From Methanothermococcus okinawensis (GTDB taxonomy: Archaea; AGJL01; Methanococci; Methanococcales; Methanococcaceae), in assembly GCA_015662355.1 (NCBI GenBank), contig DQUI01000025.1, forward strand, positions 90 to 64,089: a stretch of DNA of 64,000 bases, in the 5' to 3' direction. How positions within the stretch are numbered: position 1 is the stretch's first letter; each line of letters opens with the position of its first letter. Positions 1 to 9,392 of this stretch are shown one piece after another. The notes beneath the pieces were generated by a model. The model made no database searches. It was given only the letters and a program-made list of their open reading frames with translations, and had not been told where the DNA came from. The translations under genes were made by a program, and so were the position numbers.

Positions 1-40
1 ATATCTAACCCTATATATAAAAAAATTTAACTGGGAAATC

Positions 41-415
41 ATGGTTGGAAGAAGAGGTCAACTCTCCCTGGAGTTCTCTGTACTGATACTTGTAATGCTT
101 ATTCTCTCCCTTGCCACTATCTATCACTTCCTAGATAACAACCTAGATAGAAAAGATAGAGATTTAGATAAAATAGATATCGGCGCTAAAACTGCTGTAT
201 CCCTAGTGAACTCAGGGTACAACGGTATCTACTTAGAGTATCCTGTAATATATCTAGGTATGACCTACAGTCCAGATAAGACCTATATTACCCTCTATAT
301 AAAAAATCAGAGTCCTCTAGATAAGTCAACATTAGAACTTATAGAGGACCTTACATATGAGAGGGCAGATGTGAATCAAAGTATCTATCGTATAACAGTA
401 GTTACAGTGGATTAA
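41..415 (+). CDS. Class III signal peptide (type IV pilin-like) protein
   Basis: N-terminus RRG|QLSLEF followed by a hydrophobic stretch matches the archaeal K/R-G|Q-x-S-x-E prepilin motif. Confidence 0.7.
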   Translation: MVGRRGQLSLEFSVLILVMLILSLATIYHFLDNNLDRKDRDLDKIDIGAKTAVSLVNSGYNGIYLEYPVIYLGMTYSPDKTYITLYIKNQSPLDKSTLELIEDLTYERADVNQSIYRITVVTVD

Positions 416-418
416 AAG

Positions 419-607
419 TTAATCTATCTTAACCTCTATGGCATTCTCTAGACATACGTCTTTACATACCATACAGAAGGTACACAACTCCTCATCTGCC
501 ACTACTACCCTGTTGTTCTCTATTTTAAAAACCTCCATAGGACATACATCTACACACTCTCCACAGTCCAATCCTTTACATCTAGTGTAGTCTATAGTTA
601 CAGCCAT
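419..607 (-). CDS. 2x[4Fe-4S] ferredoxin
   Basis: 62 aa with CxxxxCxxCxxxCP and CxxCxxCxxxC motifs; GGGATACT RBS-like element before ATG. Confidence 0.9.
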   Translation of the reverse strand: MAVTIDYTRCKGLDCGECVDVCPMEVFKIENNRVVVADEELCTFCMVCKDVCLENAIEVKID

Positions 608-624
608 AGTATCCCGTTATTATT

Positions 625-2034
625 CTAATCTTTATTTTTCTGGGATCTCTCAAACTCAGATAGCATCACCTGAACAGAGTAGGCTGCCCTTGTAATACCC
701 ATACTCCTAGGATCTGCATCTGTACCTACTACGTAGAAGTCCTCCCTTATCTTAGGGTATAGGAAGTACTGCCCTACTACACAGGAGGCCTGCTCTGGGA
801 TACACTCCTGAAAATGTAACATGTGAGTCCTGTCTATATCTATACTTAACTTCTCCTGAATAACACTTAAGGCCTCCTCTCTCTTAGTATTTACAAAGGA
901 GAAACCTAGGAGGTGTTTTCCAGGAGGTGCTAAACTTTTATCGTAGTTAGTTACACAGGTTGCCCAGCAGGGGTGATCTATCCATATCTCTGAGCCTAGA
1001 TAGGGGAGGGGATTTTCATGGTATCCTATCCATACAGTTAGGGACTTTGTAAACTTTATACCTTTTAATCTATCCCTCCTCTCCTGGATCTCAGGGAGGT
1101 CTGTAATGTCTGGGAGATATCTAGATGGGGCAGAGTAGACAACTACGTCACAGTAGTAGCTGTTATCCTGGGTATAGAGGATATAACCTGGGTTCTCCTC
1201 CCTCTCCCTGTACTGGGCAATCTCTACAACTTCCTCTCCCTGGACAATCTCTGTTCTATCTAGGGAGTAGAGTATAGAGTTACATATGGACTGAATCCCT
1301 CCAAGGGGATAACCTTGGGTCCAATACCTAGATTTTTTTATAAATTTATTTAAATACTTCTTAGATCCACTCTTTATAGAGTGTAGAAAACCCTCCTTAA
1401 GGATCTTTTTAATCCTCTCCCTGTTTATCCTTTTAAATAGTACAGTTTTCAGGGGGTTTATCTTCAGATCCTCGTAGTATATGAAGGGGAGGATATCATC
1501 CTCTGGGATATATCCTGCCCCTGTAAATAATCGCCAGAGGGGGGTTTTCCTCATGTCCTCTCCACTGAGAAAGTAACATATAGTATTTAAGAACTTTAGG
1601 GATATCTCACTTAGATTCATATCTTCTATAACCTGATAGACAGAGGTATCTTTAGAGAACCCAGAGGTTATAAGATCTATCATTCTACTTATTATGAGTA
1701 CCTTGTCCCTGTTGGGAATTATAGATGTAGTGGTCCACTCCTGCATAGAGACTGGGATATTGTAAAGTTTATCTAGTCTAATGTAGTAGTCTCCATAGGG
1801 TTTAAAGTTAGGGATATATCTGGCGTATCTCTTCAGGAGATTTATAAGGGGGCCGTCGTTCAACATGGTAATTGCATGGACCCCTATATCTACAGTATAG
1901 CCCTGGACGTACTCACTTCTACATAGGCCCCCTATTTTGTTTTTCTCTATAACTGTAATATCATGCCCCATCTTTTCCAGGGCCAGGGCAGATAGTAACC
2001 CAGAGGTCCCCCCTCCTACGATTCCTATCTTCAT
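625..2034 (-). CDS. FAD-dependent oxidoreductase, phytoene dehydrogenase/amine oxidase-like
   Basis: N-terminal GxGxxG Rossmann motif (IVGGGTSG), E-K-x3-GG motif, GYPLGG motif; AGGTGA RBS. Confidence 0.75.
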   Translation of the reverse strand: MKIGIVGGGTSGLLSALALEKMGHDITVIEKNKIGGLCRSEYVQGYTVDIGVHAITMLNDGPLINLLKRYARYIPNFKPYGDYYIRLDKLYNIPVSMQEWTTTSIIPNRDKVLIISRMIDLITSGFSKDTSVYQVIEDMNLSEISLKFLNTICYFLSGEDMRKTPLWRLFTGAGYIPEDDILPFIYYEDLKINPLKTVLFKRINRERIKKILKEGFLHSIKSGSKKYLNKFIKKSRYWTQGYPLGGIQSICNSILYSLDRTEIVQGEEVVEIAQYREREENPGYILYTQDNSYYCDVVVYSAPSRYLPDITDLPEIQERRDRLKGIKFTKSLTVWIGYHENPLPYLGSEIWIDHPCWATCVTNYDKSLAPPGKHLLGFSFVNTKREEALSVIQEKLSIDIDRTHMLHFQECIPEQASCVVGQYFLYPKIREDFYVVGTDADPRSMGITRAAYSVQVMLSEFERSQKNKD

Positions 2035-2087
2035 AGGATCACCTTTAAAATCGAATATATATCTAATAGTTAATAAAAGTGAGATCT

Positions 2088-2735
2088 ATGATATTCGTTA
2101 CAGGGACAGATACAGGAGTTGGGAAAACCTACGTCTCCTCAGTAATTGGGAGTCATCTAAAGTACAGAGAGAATATAGACGTTGGCTACTTGAAGCCTAT
2201 TGAGACTGGTGGTGTCCAGGACACTTTGACCCTTAAAAACACTTTAAACCTAGAGGAGGATCTAAGTGTTTTAAACCCTATAAATCTGAAGAACCCCCTA
2301 TCCCCTAATATAGCCTTTGAGGTGGAAGGTTACAACATAACCCTCCAGGAGATAAAGGAGAGGATAAAGAGGTCTTTCCATATACTCAGTAAAAGGTACC
2401 AGTATCTCATAGTTGAGGGGGCTGGAGGTGTTGCAGTACCTATAAAGGAGGACTTTCTCATGTCTGACCTTATAAAGTTCTTAGATCTCCCTGCAGTTGT
2501 AGTCTCTAGGCCGAACTTAGGTACTATAAATCACACCCTTCTAACCCTTGAACACTTGAGGAGTAAGGGGATAGAGATTAAAGGGGTTATTATCAACTGT
2601 ATCACTAGATTGGAGGATGTTTTATACTATGAGAAAACCTTTGAAACAATTGAGAGATACGGTGATGTGGAGATAATAGGGGTTGTAAAGAGTAGGGAGG
2701 ACTACAACATCCAGTTTAAAAAGCTACTGGAGTAA
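2088..2735 (+). CDS. bioD: Dethiobiotin synthase
   Basis: [14 protein letters not shown]-loop, KPIETG, VEGAGG, LGTINHT; ATG at 2088 preferred to GTG at 2079. Confidence 0.93.
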   Translation: MIFVTGTDTGVGKTYVSSVIGSHLKYRENIDVGYLKPIETGGVQDTLTLKNTLNLEEDLSVLNPINLKNPLSPNIAFEVEGYNITLQEIKERIKRSFHILSKRYQYLIVEGAGGVAVPIKEDFLMSDLIKFLDLPAVVVSRPNLGTINHTLLTLEHLRSKGIEIKGVIINCITRLEDVLYYEKTFETIERYGDVEIIGVVKSREDYNIQFKKLLE

Positions 2736-4670
2736 CTCCAGGATATCTTCTGGTGTAAGTTCGTCTATAGGGTAATATGGGAAGTTAAACCTCTCTCCAA
2801 TCTTCTTTCCAATACCTATTTTTACGAAGGAGTCCACCTCTGTATCTATAAGTATAACCTTTATTCTATCCTCTACAAATTTCTCCCATATCTTGTATAT
2901 CTCCTCTAGGTAGTCCCTGTTGACAACCTCGTTAGGCTTGAAGTCACTGATGAATATTAACACCGGTAGAATATCTGGATTTCTCCTGAGGGCATTTTTG
3001 ATGACCTCGTAGGATTTTAAGAAGGCCTTTGCTAGGGGTGTCCTACCGCCAGTTGGGATATCCCTTAGACGTTTCTCTGCCAACTCCACAGAGGATGTAA
3101 AGGGCAGCACTACTTGGGCCTCCTCTCCCCTAAATACTATCATACCTACCTTGTTCCTCTTCTCATAGGCGTCCATGAGGATGGAGAGGATCGCCCCCTT
3201 GACAGCCTCCATTCTCCTCATAACACCCATAGAACCACTAGCATCTACTACGAAGAGTATATAGCTAGATACTTTCCTCTTTCTCACCTTCTCCCTTATG
3301 TCCTCCTCTTTGATTATTACCTTTATATCTCCCTGGGCCTCCTTCAATCTACTTCTCTGATAGGGGGCCCCTGCCTTGATAGTGGCGTCAAGGGCTATAT
3401 CCCTTACCTTGCCCTTAGGTATCCTATAACTTACGTATCTTCCCCTTTTACTCAGGGTATCTATATGTCTACCCTGGAATTGTCTAAGGGTGTTATCCCT
3501 TACTTTAATCTTTAGGATACCCCTAGGATCTATTCCACCTCTCAGGTCAAATACCTCCTCAGAGGGGCTTCCCCCTTCCCTGTGGTTACCCTGGCCCTCT
3601 ATATCTCCGGAGTTTTTTTTTAAATCCTCTCCATTATCTTTCTCCCTGGAATCTTGGAAGTTTTCAATTATCTCCTTTATTCGTTCCTGGCTTAACTGTG
3701 GGGGTTCAAAGGGTTTCCTCCTCATTCTGTGGGGCAGCGCCAGCTCACAGGCCTCCCTTATATCATCTATACTTACATAGGTCCTTCCATCGAAGGCTGC
3801 CATTGCCTTTGCAGTTCTTGCCACTGTAATATCTGCCCTACTAGTTGGGATGTTCAACTCAACACATATCCTGGCGATTAGCTCCAATAGGTCCTCCCCT
3901 ATTACCACATCTTTTAAAAGTTTTCTCCCATTCTCTATCTTTTTTCTCAGTTTATTCTGCTCCTCCTCAAATCTCTTACAGAATCCCTCTGGATCCCTGT
4001 TGAACTCCTCAACTCTCTTTACAACCTCTACCCTGTCTCTCACATCTTCCAGGCCCTCCACGTCAACTGTTAAACCGAACCTGTCCAGTAGCTGGGGTCT
4101 AAGTTCCCCCTCCTCAGGATTCATAGTGCCTACAAGTATAAACCTTGAGGGGTGTCTTATCTTTATACCTTCCCTCTCTATGATGTTCCAACCTGTAGCT
4201 GCAACATCTAGTAAGGTATCCACTATGTGGTCGTCTAGGAGGTTCACCTCGTCTATGTAGAGGATGTTGCCGTTGGCCTCTGCAAGTATTCCAGGCTCTA
4301 ACGCCTTTACACCCTCTTTTATAGCCCTCTCTATATCCATACTACCTATAACTCTATCCTCTGTACAACCTATGGGAAGGTCTACAACTCTCATCTTTCT
4401 CTTCACAGTTTTTAGATTACCCCTTTTAATATTCTCCCTACAGATATCACATAGGTCTCCCTCTATGTTACAGTTAAAGGGGCAGTTCTCTAATACCTCT
4501 GTCTCAGGTAGAAGATCTGCGAGAGCTCTCACTGCAGTGGATTTTGCAGTACCTTTCTCACCTCTTATTAAGACTCCGCCGATCTTTGGATTAACTCCAT
4601 TGAGGATTAGCCCCTTCTTCATCTTCTCCTGTCCAACGATTGCAGTGAATGGGAATAATCTGTTCATCAT
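2724..4670 (-). CDS. chlD: Mg/Co chelatase ChlD/BchD-type subunit (AAA+ ChlI-like domain, linker, vWA domain)
   Basis: [18 protein letters not shown] Walker A, LYIDEVN Walker B, C-terminal vWA DASGSM MIDAS motif and GGRTPL. Confidence 0.87.
   Translation of the reverse strand: MMNRLFPFTAIVGQEKMKKGLILNGVNPKIGGVLIRGEKGTAKSTAVRALADLLPETEVLENCPFNCNIEGDLCDICRENIKRGNLKTVKRKMRVVDLPIGCTEDRVIGSMDIERAIKEGVKALEPGILAEANGNILYIDEVNLLDDHIVDTLLDVAATGWNIIEREGIKIRHPSRFILVGTMNPEEGELRPQLLDRFGLTVDVEGLEDVRDRVEVVKRVEEFNRDPEGFCKRFEEEQNKLRKKIENGRKLLKDVVIGEDLLELIARICVELNIPTSRADITVARTAKAMAAFDGRTYVSIDDIREACELALPHRMRRKPFEPPQLSQERIKEIIENFQDSREKDNGEDLKKNSGDIEGQGNHREGGSPSEEVFDLRGGIDPRGILKIKVRDNTLRQFQGRHIDTLSKRGRYVSYRIPKGKVRDIALDATIKAGAPYQRSRLKEAQGDIKVIIKEEDIREKVRKRKVSSYILFVVDASGSMGVMRRMEAVKGAILSILMDAYEKRNKVGMIVFRGEEAQVVLPFTSSVELAEKRLRDIPTGGRTPLAKAFLKSYEVIKNALRRNPDILPVLIFISDFKPNEVVNRDYLEEIYKIWEKFVEDRIKVILIDTEVDSFVKIGIGKKIGERFNFPYYPIDELTPEDILELLQ
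3586..3624 (-). other. Candidate programmed frameshift or slippage signal in the chlD linker
   Basis: Minus strand reads GAT TTA AAA AAA AAC TCC (A9 = plus T3613-3621). The -1 frame stops at TAA (3586-3588) and the +1 frame at TAG (3599-3601). Confidence 0.6.
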
Positions 4671-4786
4671 CTCCCTCTTTTTTTAGTTGTTATCTACTAT
4701 ATCCCAACAGTATATTAAAAATAGGGATATTTTATTAAACGTTAATAGTAGCTAAAAATATAGGGAGAATAGATAGAGGTGTAATA

Positions 4787-5413
4787 TTGAAGCTGAAGAA
4801 AAAACTTAAACTCTACGTTATAACAGATAGGAGACTGAGAGATGAATTGGAAAGTGTAAAGGGGGCCTTAGAGGGAGGGGCAACTGCTATACAGTTGAGG
4901 CTTAAGGGGGTGCCCACCAGGGAGATGATCCAACTAGGTAGGGAGATTAGAAAACTAACTGAGGATTACGACGCCCTCTATATAGTAAACGACAGGGTAG
5001 ATGTTGCCCTAGCTGTAGATGCAGACGGGGTACATGTGGGCCAGGGGGACATGCCAGTGGAGATAGTTAAAGAGATGGCACCAAATTTGATAGTAGGTGT
5101 TTCAGCGTCAAATCTAGGGGAGGCTCTCCAGGGAGAGAAGGCAGGGGCAGACTACATAGGCGCTGGAAGTGTATTTCCTACAAGAACTAAGGAGGATGCT
5201 AAACTCTTAGGTTTAGAGGGGCTAAAGGAGATAGTGAGAAATGTCCCTATCCCAGTTGTGGCCATAGGAGGTATAAACCATGGGAATGTTAAGAAGGTTC
5301 TTAAGGTTGGAGTAGATGGGGTGGCTGTTATCTCTGCAATAGTAGGAGCTGAGGATATAGTGGAAGCCACTAGGAGGATGAAGGAGATAGTAGATCTCCA
5401 CTTATTAGAATAA
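4787..5413 (+). CDS. thiE: Thiamine-phosphate synthase
   Basis: LYVITD, IQLRLK, IVNDRVDVA, GVHVGQGD, FPTRTK, VAIGGI motifs; TTG start with GAGGTG RBS. Confidence 0.93.
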   Translation: MKLKKKLKLYVITDRRLRDELESVKGALEGGATAIQLRLKGVPTREMIQLGREIRKLTEDYDALYIVNDRVDVALAVDADGVHVGQGDMPVEIVKEMAPNLIVGVSASNLGEALQGEKAGADYIGAGSVFPTRTKEDAKLLGLEGLKEIVRNVPIPVVAIGGINHGNVKKVLKVGVDGVAVISAIVGAEDIVEATRRMKEIVDLHLLE

Positions 5414-5430
5414 TTAAATATGGTGGATCT

Positions 5431-6318
5431 ATGACTAAAGGTAGAGATAGTAACACTGGAAATAACAACGAGGTTATCTTGGAAGCTAGAGACGTATACT
5501 ACAGATACCCAGATGGAACCTTGGCCCTTAAGGGTGTAAATTTTAAGGCTAGAAGAGGGGAGATGGTAGCCCTCTTAGGTCCTAACGGTGCAGGGAAATC
5601 CACCTTATTTTTACACTTCAACGGGATCTTAAGACCTCACAGGGGAGAGATACTTATAAAGGGTAAGCCTATCAAGTACGACAGTAAATCCCTCTTGGAA
5701 GTTAGGAAAACTGTGGGAATAGTTTTTCAGAATGCTGATGATCAACTGTTTGCCCCAACTGTGATGGAGGATGTAGCCTTTGGTCCCTTAAATTTAGGTT
5801 ACAGTGAGGAGGAAGTTAAAAAAATAGTTAAGGAGGCCTTAAAGGCTGTAGGAATGGAGGGGTATGAGGATAAGCCTCCCCACACCCTAAGTGGAGGTGA
5901 AAAGAAGAGGGTTGCTATAGCAGGGATACTAGCTATGAAACCTGAGATTATGGTACTTGATGAACCTACTGCAGGTTTAGATCCAATGGGAGCCTCTAGG
6001 ATTATGAAGTTACTCTATAAGTTGAACAGGGAGGGGATGACTATAATAATCTCCACCCACGACGTAGATCTTGTACCTGTCTATGCAGACAGGGTTTACG
6101 TTATGGACAAAGGTAGGATTATTACAGAGGGTACTCCAAGGGAGGTGTTCAGCAAGGTGGATCTTATAAGAGGGGCAAATTTAAGACTCCCTAGGGTAGC
6201 CCATCTCGTAGAGATACTGAACAAGAAGGACAATATACCTATTAAGATGGGATACACCATAGGGGAGGTAAGGGCCAACATACTAGATTACCTTATGAAG
6301 GAATGTAAGAAGAACTAA
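5431..6318 (+). CDS. cbiO: Energy-coupling factor transporter ATPase (CbiO/NikO-like)
   Basis: GPNGAGKST Walker A, FQNADDQLF Q-loop, LSGGEKKR signature, LDEPTAGLDP, STHD. Confidence 0.85.
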   Translation: MTKGRDSNTGNNNEVILEARDVYYRYPDGTLALKGVNFKARRGEMVALLGPNGAGKSTLFLHFNGILRPHRGEILIKGKPIKYDSKSLLEVRKTVGIVFQNADDQLFAPTVMEDVAFGPLNLGYSEEEVKKIVKEALKAVGMEGYEDKPPHTLSGGEKKRVAIAGILAMKPEIMVLDEPTAGLDPMGASRIMKLLYKLNREGMTIIISTHDVDLVPVYADRVYVMDKGRIITEGTPREVFSKVDLIRGANLRLPRVAHLVEILNKKDNIPIKMGYTIGEVRANILDYLMKECKKN

Positions 6319-6329
6319 CTGGTGATAAC

Positions 6330-7109
6330 TTGAAGATCGCCGTTACTGGAAAAGGGGGAGTGGGCAAAACCTTTATAGCCTCTACACTAGCTAGAATATT
6401 TGAGAAAAACAACTACAAGGTTATTGCAGTTGATGCAGATCCAGATATGAATCTCTCCTGCGCCCTGGGGATAGAGGGGGAGATCACCCCTATATCCAAG
6501 ATGGAGGATCTTATAGAGGAACGTACTGGTGGAAAGGTTGGAAGTTACGGAGGGGTGTTCAAGATAAACCCTAAGGTGGAAGACATAGTAGATAGATACT
6601 CCTACAAGGTGGGAAATATACACCTCCTGGCAATGGGGACTGTTGAACAGGGAGGGGAGGGATGTGTATGTCCTGCCTCTGTTCTCCTTCGGCGCCTTTT
6701 AAGACATCTTATATTGAAGAGGGATGAAGTTGTAATTATGGATATGGAGGCTGGTATCGAGCACCTGGGAAGGAAAACTACAGAGCATGTAGATGTGATG
6801 CTCGTTGTGGTAGAGCCCTCTAAGAAGGCGATCCTCACTGCAAAGAGGATAAAGAAGCTAGCTAAAGACTTAGGTATTCCTAGGGTTTACGCCGTTGTGA
6901 ACAAAATAAGAGGGGACATGGACAGGGAGAAGTTCAGGGGGATCTTTGAGAAGGAGGTAGGGATCCCTATCTTGAAGTTTCTCCCCTACAGTGAGGATGT
7001 GATAGACGTGGATATGATGGGAAAACCTCTAGATCTCAACACCCCCATTGGGAGGGAGATGGAGGATCTATTTAGGAGGATAGTGGAGGTTGTCCATGGG
7101 GAGAAGTAA
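6330..7109 (+). CDS. cooC: CooC-like nickel-insertion ATPase (CODH maturation)
   Basis: GKGGVGKT deviant Walker A, GCVCP metal-binding motif, DMEAGIEHLGR. Confidence 0.85.
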   Translation: MKIAVTGKGGVGKTFIASTLARIFEKNNYKVIAVDADPDMNLSCALGIEGEITPISKMEDLIEERTGGKVGSYGGVFKINPKVEDIVDRYSYKVGNIHLLAMGTVEQGGEGCVCPASVLLRRLLRHLILKRDEVVIMDMEAGIEHLGRKTTEHVDVMLVVVEPSKKAILTAKRIKKLAKDLGIPRVYAVVNKIRGDMDREKFRGIFEKEVGIPILKFLPYSEDVIDVDMMGKPLDLNTPIGREMEDLFRRIVEVVHGEK

Positions 7110-7728
7110 GGTGTTGGAAATAAGGGAGATTATCACTATCTCAGATTATCTTACTCTGATAAATATAGTACTTGGTATGTTAGGGTTGATATTCCAGGAC
7201 TTTAGATATATATATCTAGCCCTGGTTTTCGACGCCTTAGATGGCTACATAGCCAGGAAGACCAACACAGTGACAGACTTTGGAGCCCAGTTAGACAGTA
7301 TATGTGATATTGTCAGTTTTGGAGTGGCACCTGCCTATCTACTATATCACTACTTCGGCAGTATATGGTGCCTAGTAGCCTCTGTTATCTATCTCCTATG
7401 TGGAGCCCTGAGGTTGGCAAGGTTCAATACATTAGATGTTAGGGACTTTCTAGGTTTACCTATACCTGCTGGAGCACTACTTCTCTCCACATCCTGTGAG
7501 ATCCTTTTAAAGTATGCTGTTGGATTGTCCCATGGAGACGTAATTATCTCTGTACTTGCTATACTCACAGGTCTCCTTATGATAAGTGATAAAACATACC
7601 CTAAGTATCCAGGGAGGTGGGCCTTGATAATCTTTGGGATCTTCCTGATACTGGCCCTCTTCAACATCCCTGAAGGTTTGTTTATCTCAGCCCTAGCTTA
7701 TACAATGTATGGGTTATTTAAGGGATAA
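7090..7728 (+). CDS. pssA: Archaetidylserine synthase (CDP-alcohol phosphatidyltransferase)
   Basis: DALDGYIAR...FGAQLDSICDIVSFGVAPA signature, LRLARFN, FLGLPIP; start may lie slightly downstream. Confidence 0.85.
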   Translation: MSMGRSKVLEIREIITISDYLTLINIVLGMLGLIFQDFRYIYLALVFDALDGYIARKTNTVTDFGAQLDSICDIVSFGVAPAYLLYHYFGSIWCLVASVIYLLCGALRLARFNTLDVRDFLGLPIPAGALLLSTSCEILLKYAVGLSHGDVIISVLAILTGLLMISDKTYPKYPGRWALIIFGIFLILALFNIPEGLFISALAYTMYGLFKG

Positions 7729-7749
7729 GATTTATTAAATGGTGATTCC

Positions 7750-8601
7750 ATGCTCTCCCTCTACGCCAAAAAGATCCTAAATGAATCCCTTATGAACGAC
7801 GTAGGTTATGGAGACATAACCACAGAGTTGATCATCCCAGAGGAGCACAGATCTAAGGGAGAGGTAGTAGTTAAAGAGGATGCTGTAATCTGTGGTGTAA
7901 ACTTTGTCTCAGATTTTCTAAGGGATCACAACTTAAGATGTAATCTAGCTGTAAGGGAGGGGGAATGGACAGAGAGGGACAGAAGGATTATGGAGATAGA
8001 GGGTAACACTAGAAAGATATTAACCTTGGAAAGAACAATTCTGAATTTCCTGATGCACCTCTCAGGTATAGCCACTAAGACCTACAGAGTTGTGAAGAAG
8101 GTTAAGGAGATAAATGAGAGAGTTAAAATAGCATGTACCAGGAAAACACTACCTCTCCTCTCACCCCTTGAGAAGTACGCCGTAGTAATAGGAGGGGGGG
8201 ACAGTCACAGGTTCAGGTTAGACGACATGGTAATGATAAAGGACAACCACATAGAGGTCCTTGGAGTGGAGGAGTGTTTCAAGAGGATAAGAAGAGTTAG
8301 TTTTACAAAGAAGGTGGAAATAGAGGTGGACAGTATAGATATGTTAAGGGAAGTACTTCCCTATAAACCTGATATAGTACTCCTGGACAACTTTACACCT
8401 AAGGAGGTTGAGGAGGCCCTAGAGGTAATAGAGGTTTTCAGTATCAAGCTAGGATACAGACCCTTAGTTGAAGTCAGTGGGGGTATAAGGGAGGACAACA
8501 TCTTAGAGTACGTAAAGTATGATATAGACATAATATCCATGGGATGTCTAATACACTCTGCCCCAGGGGTGGATATGAGTTTAAATATTTTAAAAAAATA
8601 A
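7750..8601 (+). CDS. nadC: Nicotinate-nucleotide pyrophosphorylase (carboxylating)
   Basis: DVGYGDITT, ERTILN, CTRKT, HRFRLDD, IKDNH, LLDN, EVSGGI. Confidence 0.93.
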   Translation: MLSLYAKKILNESLMNDVGYGDITTELIIPEEHRSKGEVVVKEDAVICGVNFVSDFLRDHNLRCNLAVREGEWTERDRRIMEIEGNTRKILTLERTILNFLMHLSGIATKTYRVVKKVKEINERVKIACTRKTLPLLSPLEKYAVVIGGGDSHRFRLDDMVMIKDNHIEVLGVEECFKRIRRVSFTKKVEIEVDSIDMLREVLPYKPDIVLLDNFTPKEVEEALEVIEVFSIKLGYRPLVEVSGGIREDNILEYVKYDIDIISMGCLIHSAPGVDMSLNILKK

Positions 8602-8604
8602 AGA

Positions 8605-9315
8605 TTGTTCCTTATGAAAGAGGATATAAAGAAGTTTTACGACAACTGGTATCCTGAAACCCTTCCCTGTTACATACAGACACTTATGGAGTTAGAGGAG
8701 AAGTTAGTATTAAATACTGTAGAGGAGTTGAAGGAGTACAGGGATATTAAGAAGGAGGGAGGTAGAGTATTAGATTGTGGTTGTGGATTTGGATCCTATT
8801 TCTCCCTAACTAGAGATCTAGATACCCTCTATCTCGATCTGTCTTATCATCAACTTAAAAGGTTTGGAAGGAGACATAGACTTAATAGTAACAGGATCTG
8901 TGGAGATATACTTAATCTGCCCTTTAAAGATAACACTTTTGATCTTATCCTGTGTATCAACGTACTGGAACATGTAAGGGATATCAGGAGAGGTTTAAGG
9001 GAACTCCATAGGGTGTTAAAGGATAGAGGAGTTGCTATAGTAGTGGTAGTTAACAGGGACAGCATAGTGAGGGAGGAGATCTTCAACGATTTTAAAATAT
9101 ACCACAGAGCTCTATCCCTCAGGGATTTTGAGATGGAAGGTTTTAAAATAGAGAGATATGTCACATTTTACTTCCTACATCCTATCTTTAAGGTACTCCC
9201 AGTGTCTCTTCTGAGATATTTTATAGATAAGTTGTACTTAAAGTTAGATTATAGATTAAGGGATATCTTTAGAGGGGGAGGGCAGTTCCTATGTGTAGTC
9301 TTAAGGAAGTGTTAA
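8605..9315 (+). CDS. Class I SAM-dependent methyltransferase
   Basis: VLDCGCGFG motif I, LPFKDNTFDLI, VLEHV, ELHRVLK. Confidence 0.85.
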   Translation: MFLMKEDIKKFYDNWYPETLPCYIQTLMELEEKLVLNTVEELKEYRDIKKEGGRVLDCGCGFGSYFSLTRDLDTLYLDLSYHQLKRFGRRHRLNSNRICGDILNLPFKDNTFDLILCINVLEHVRDIRRGLRELHRVLKDRGVAIVVVVNRDSIVREEIFNDFKIYHRALSLRDFEMEGFKIERYVTFYFLHPIFKVLPVSLLRYFIDKLYLKLDYRLRDIFRGGGQFLCVVLRKC

Positions 9316-9392
9316 CTCTTTTCTAGATAAGTTATTTATAAGTCATTTAACAACTCTTCTTTTCAATCTTCTTAAATAATGACGGTGATGTC

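Noticed and set aside
4699-4730. ATATCCC-N18-GGGATAT dyad in the chlD/thiE divergent spacer
   Set aside because: The arms are only 7 bp and GGGATA is a common motif in this window, so it is not distinguishable from chance.
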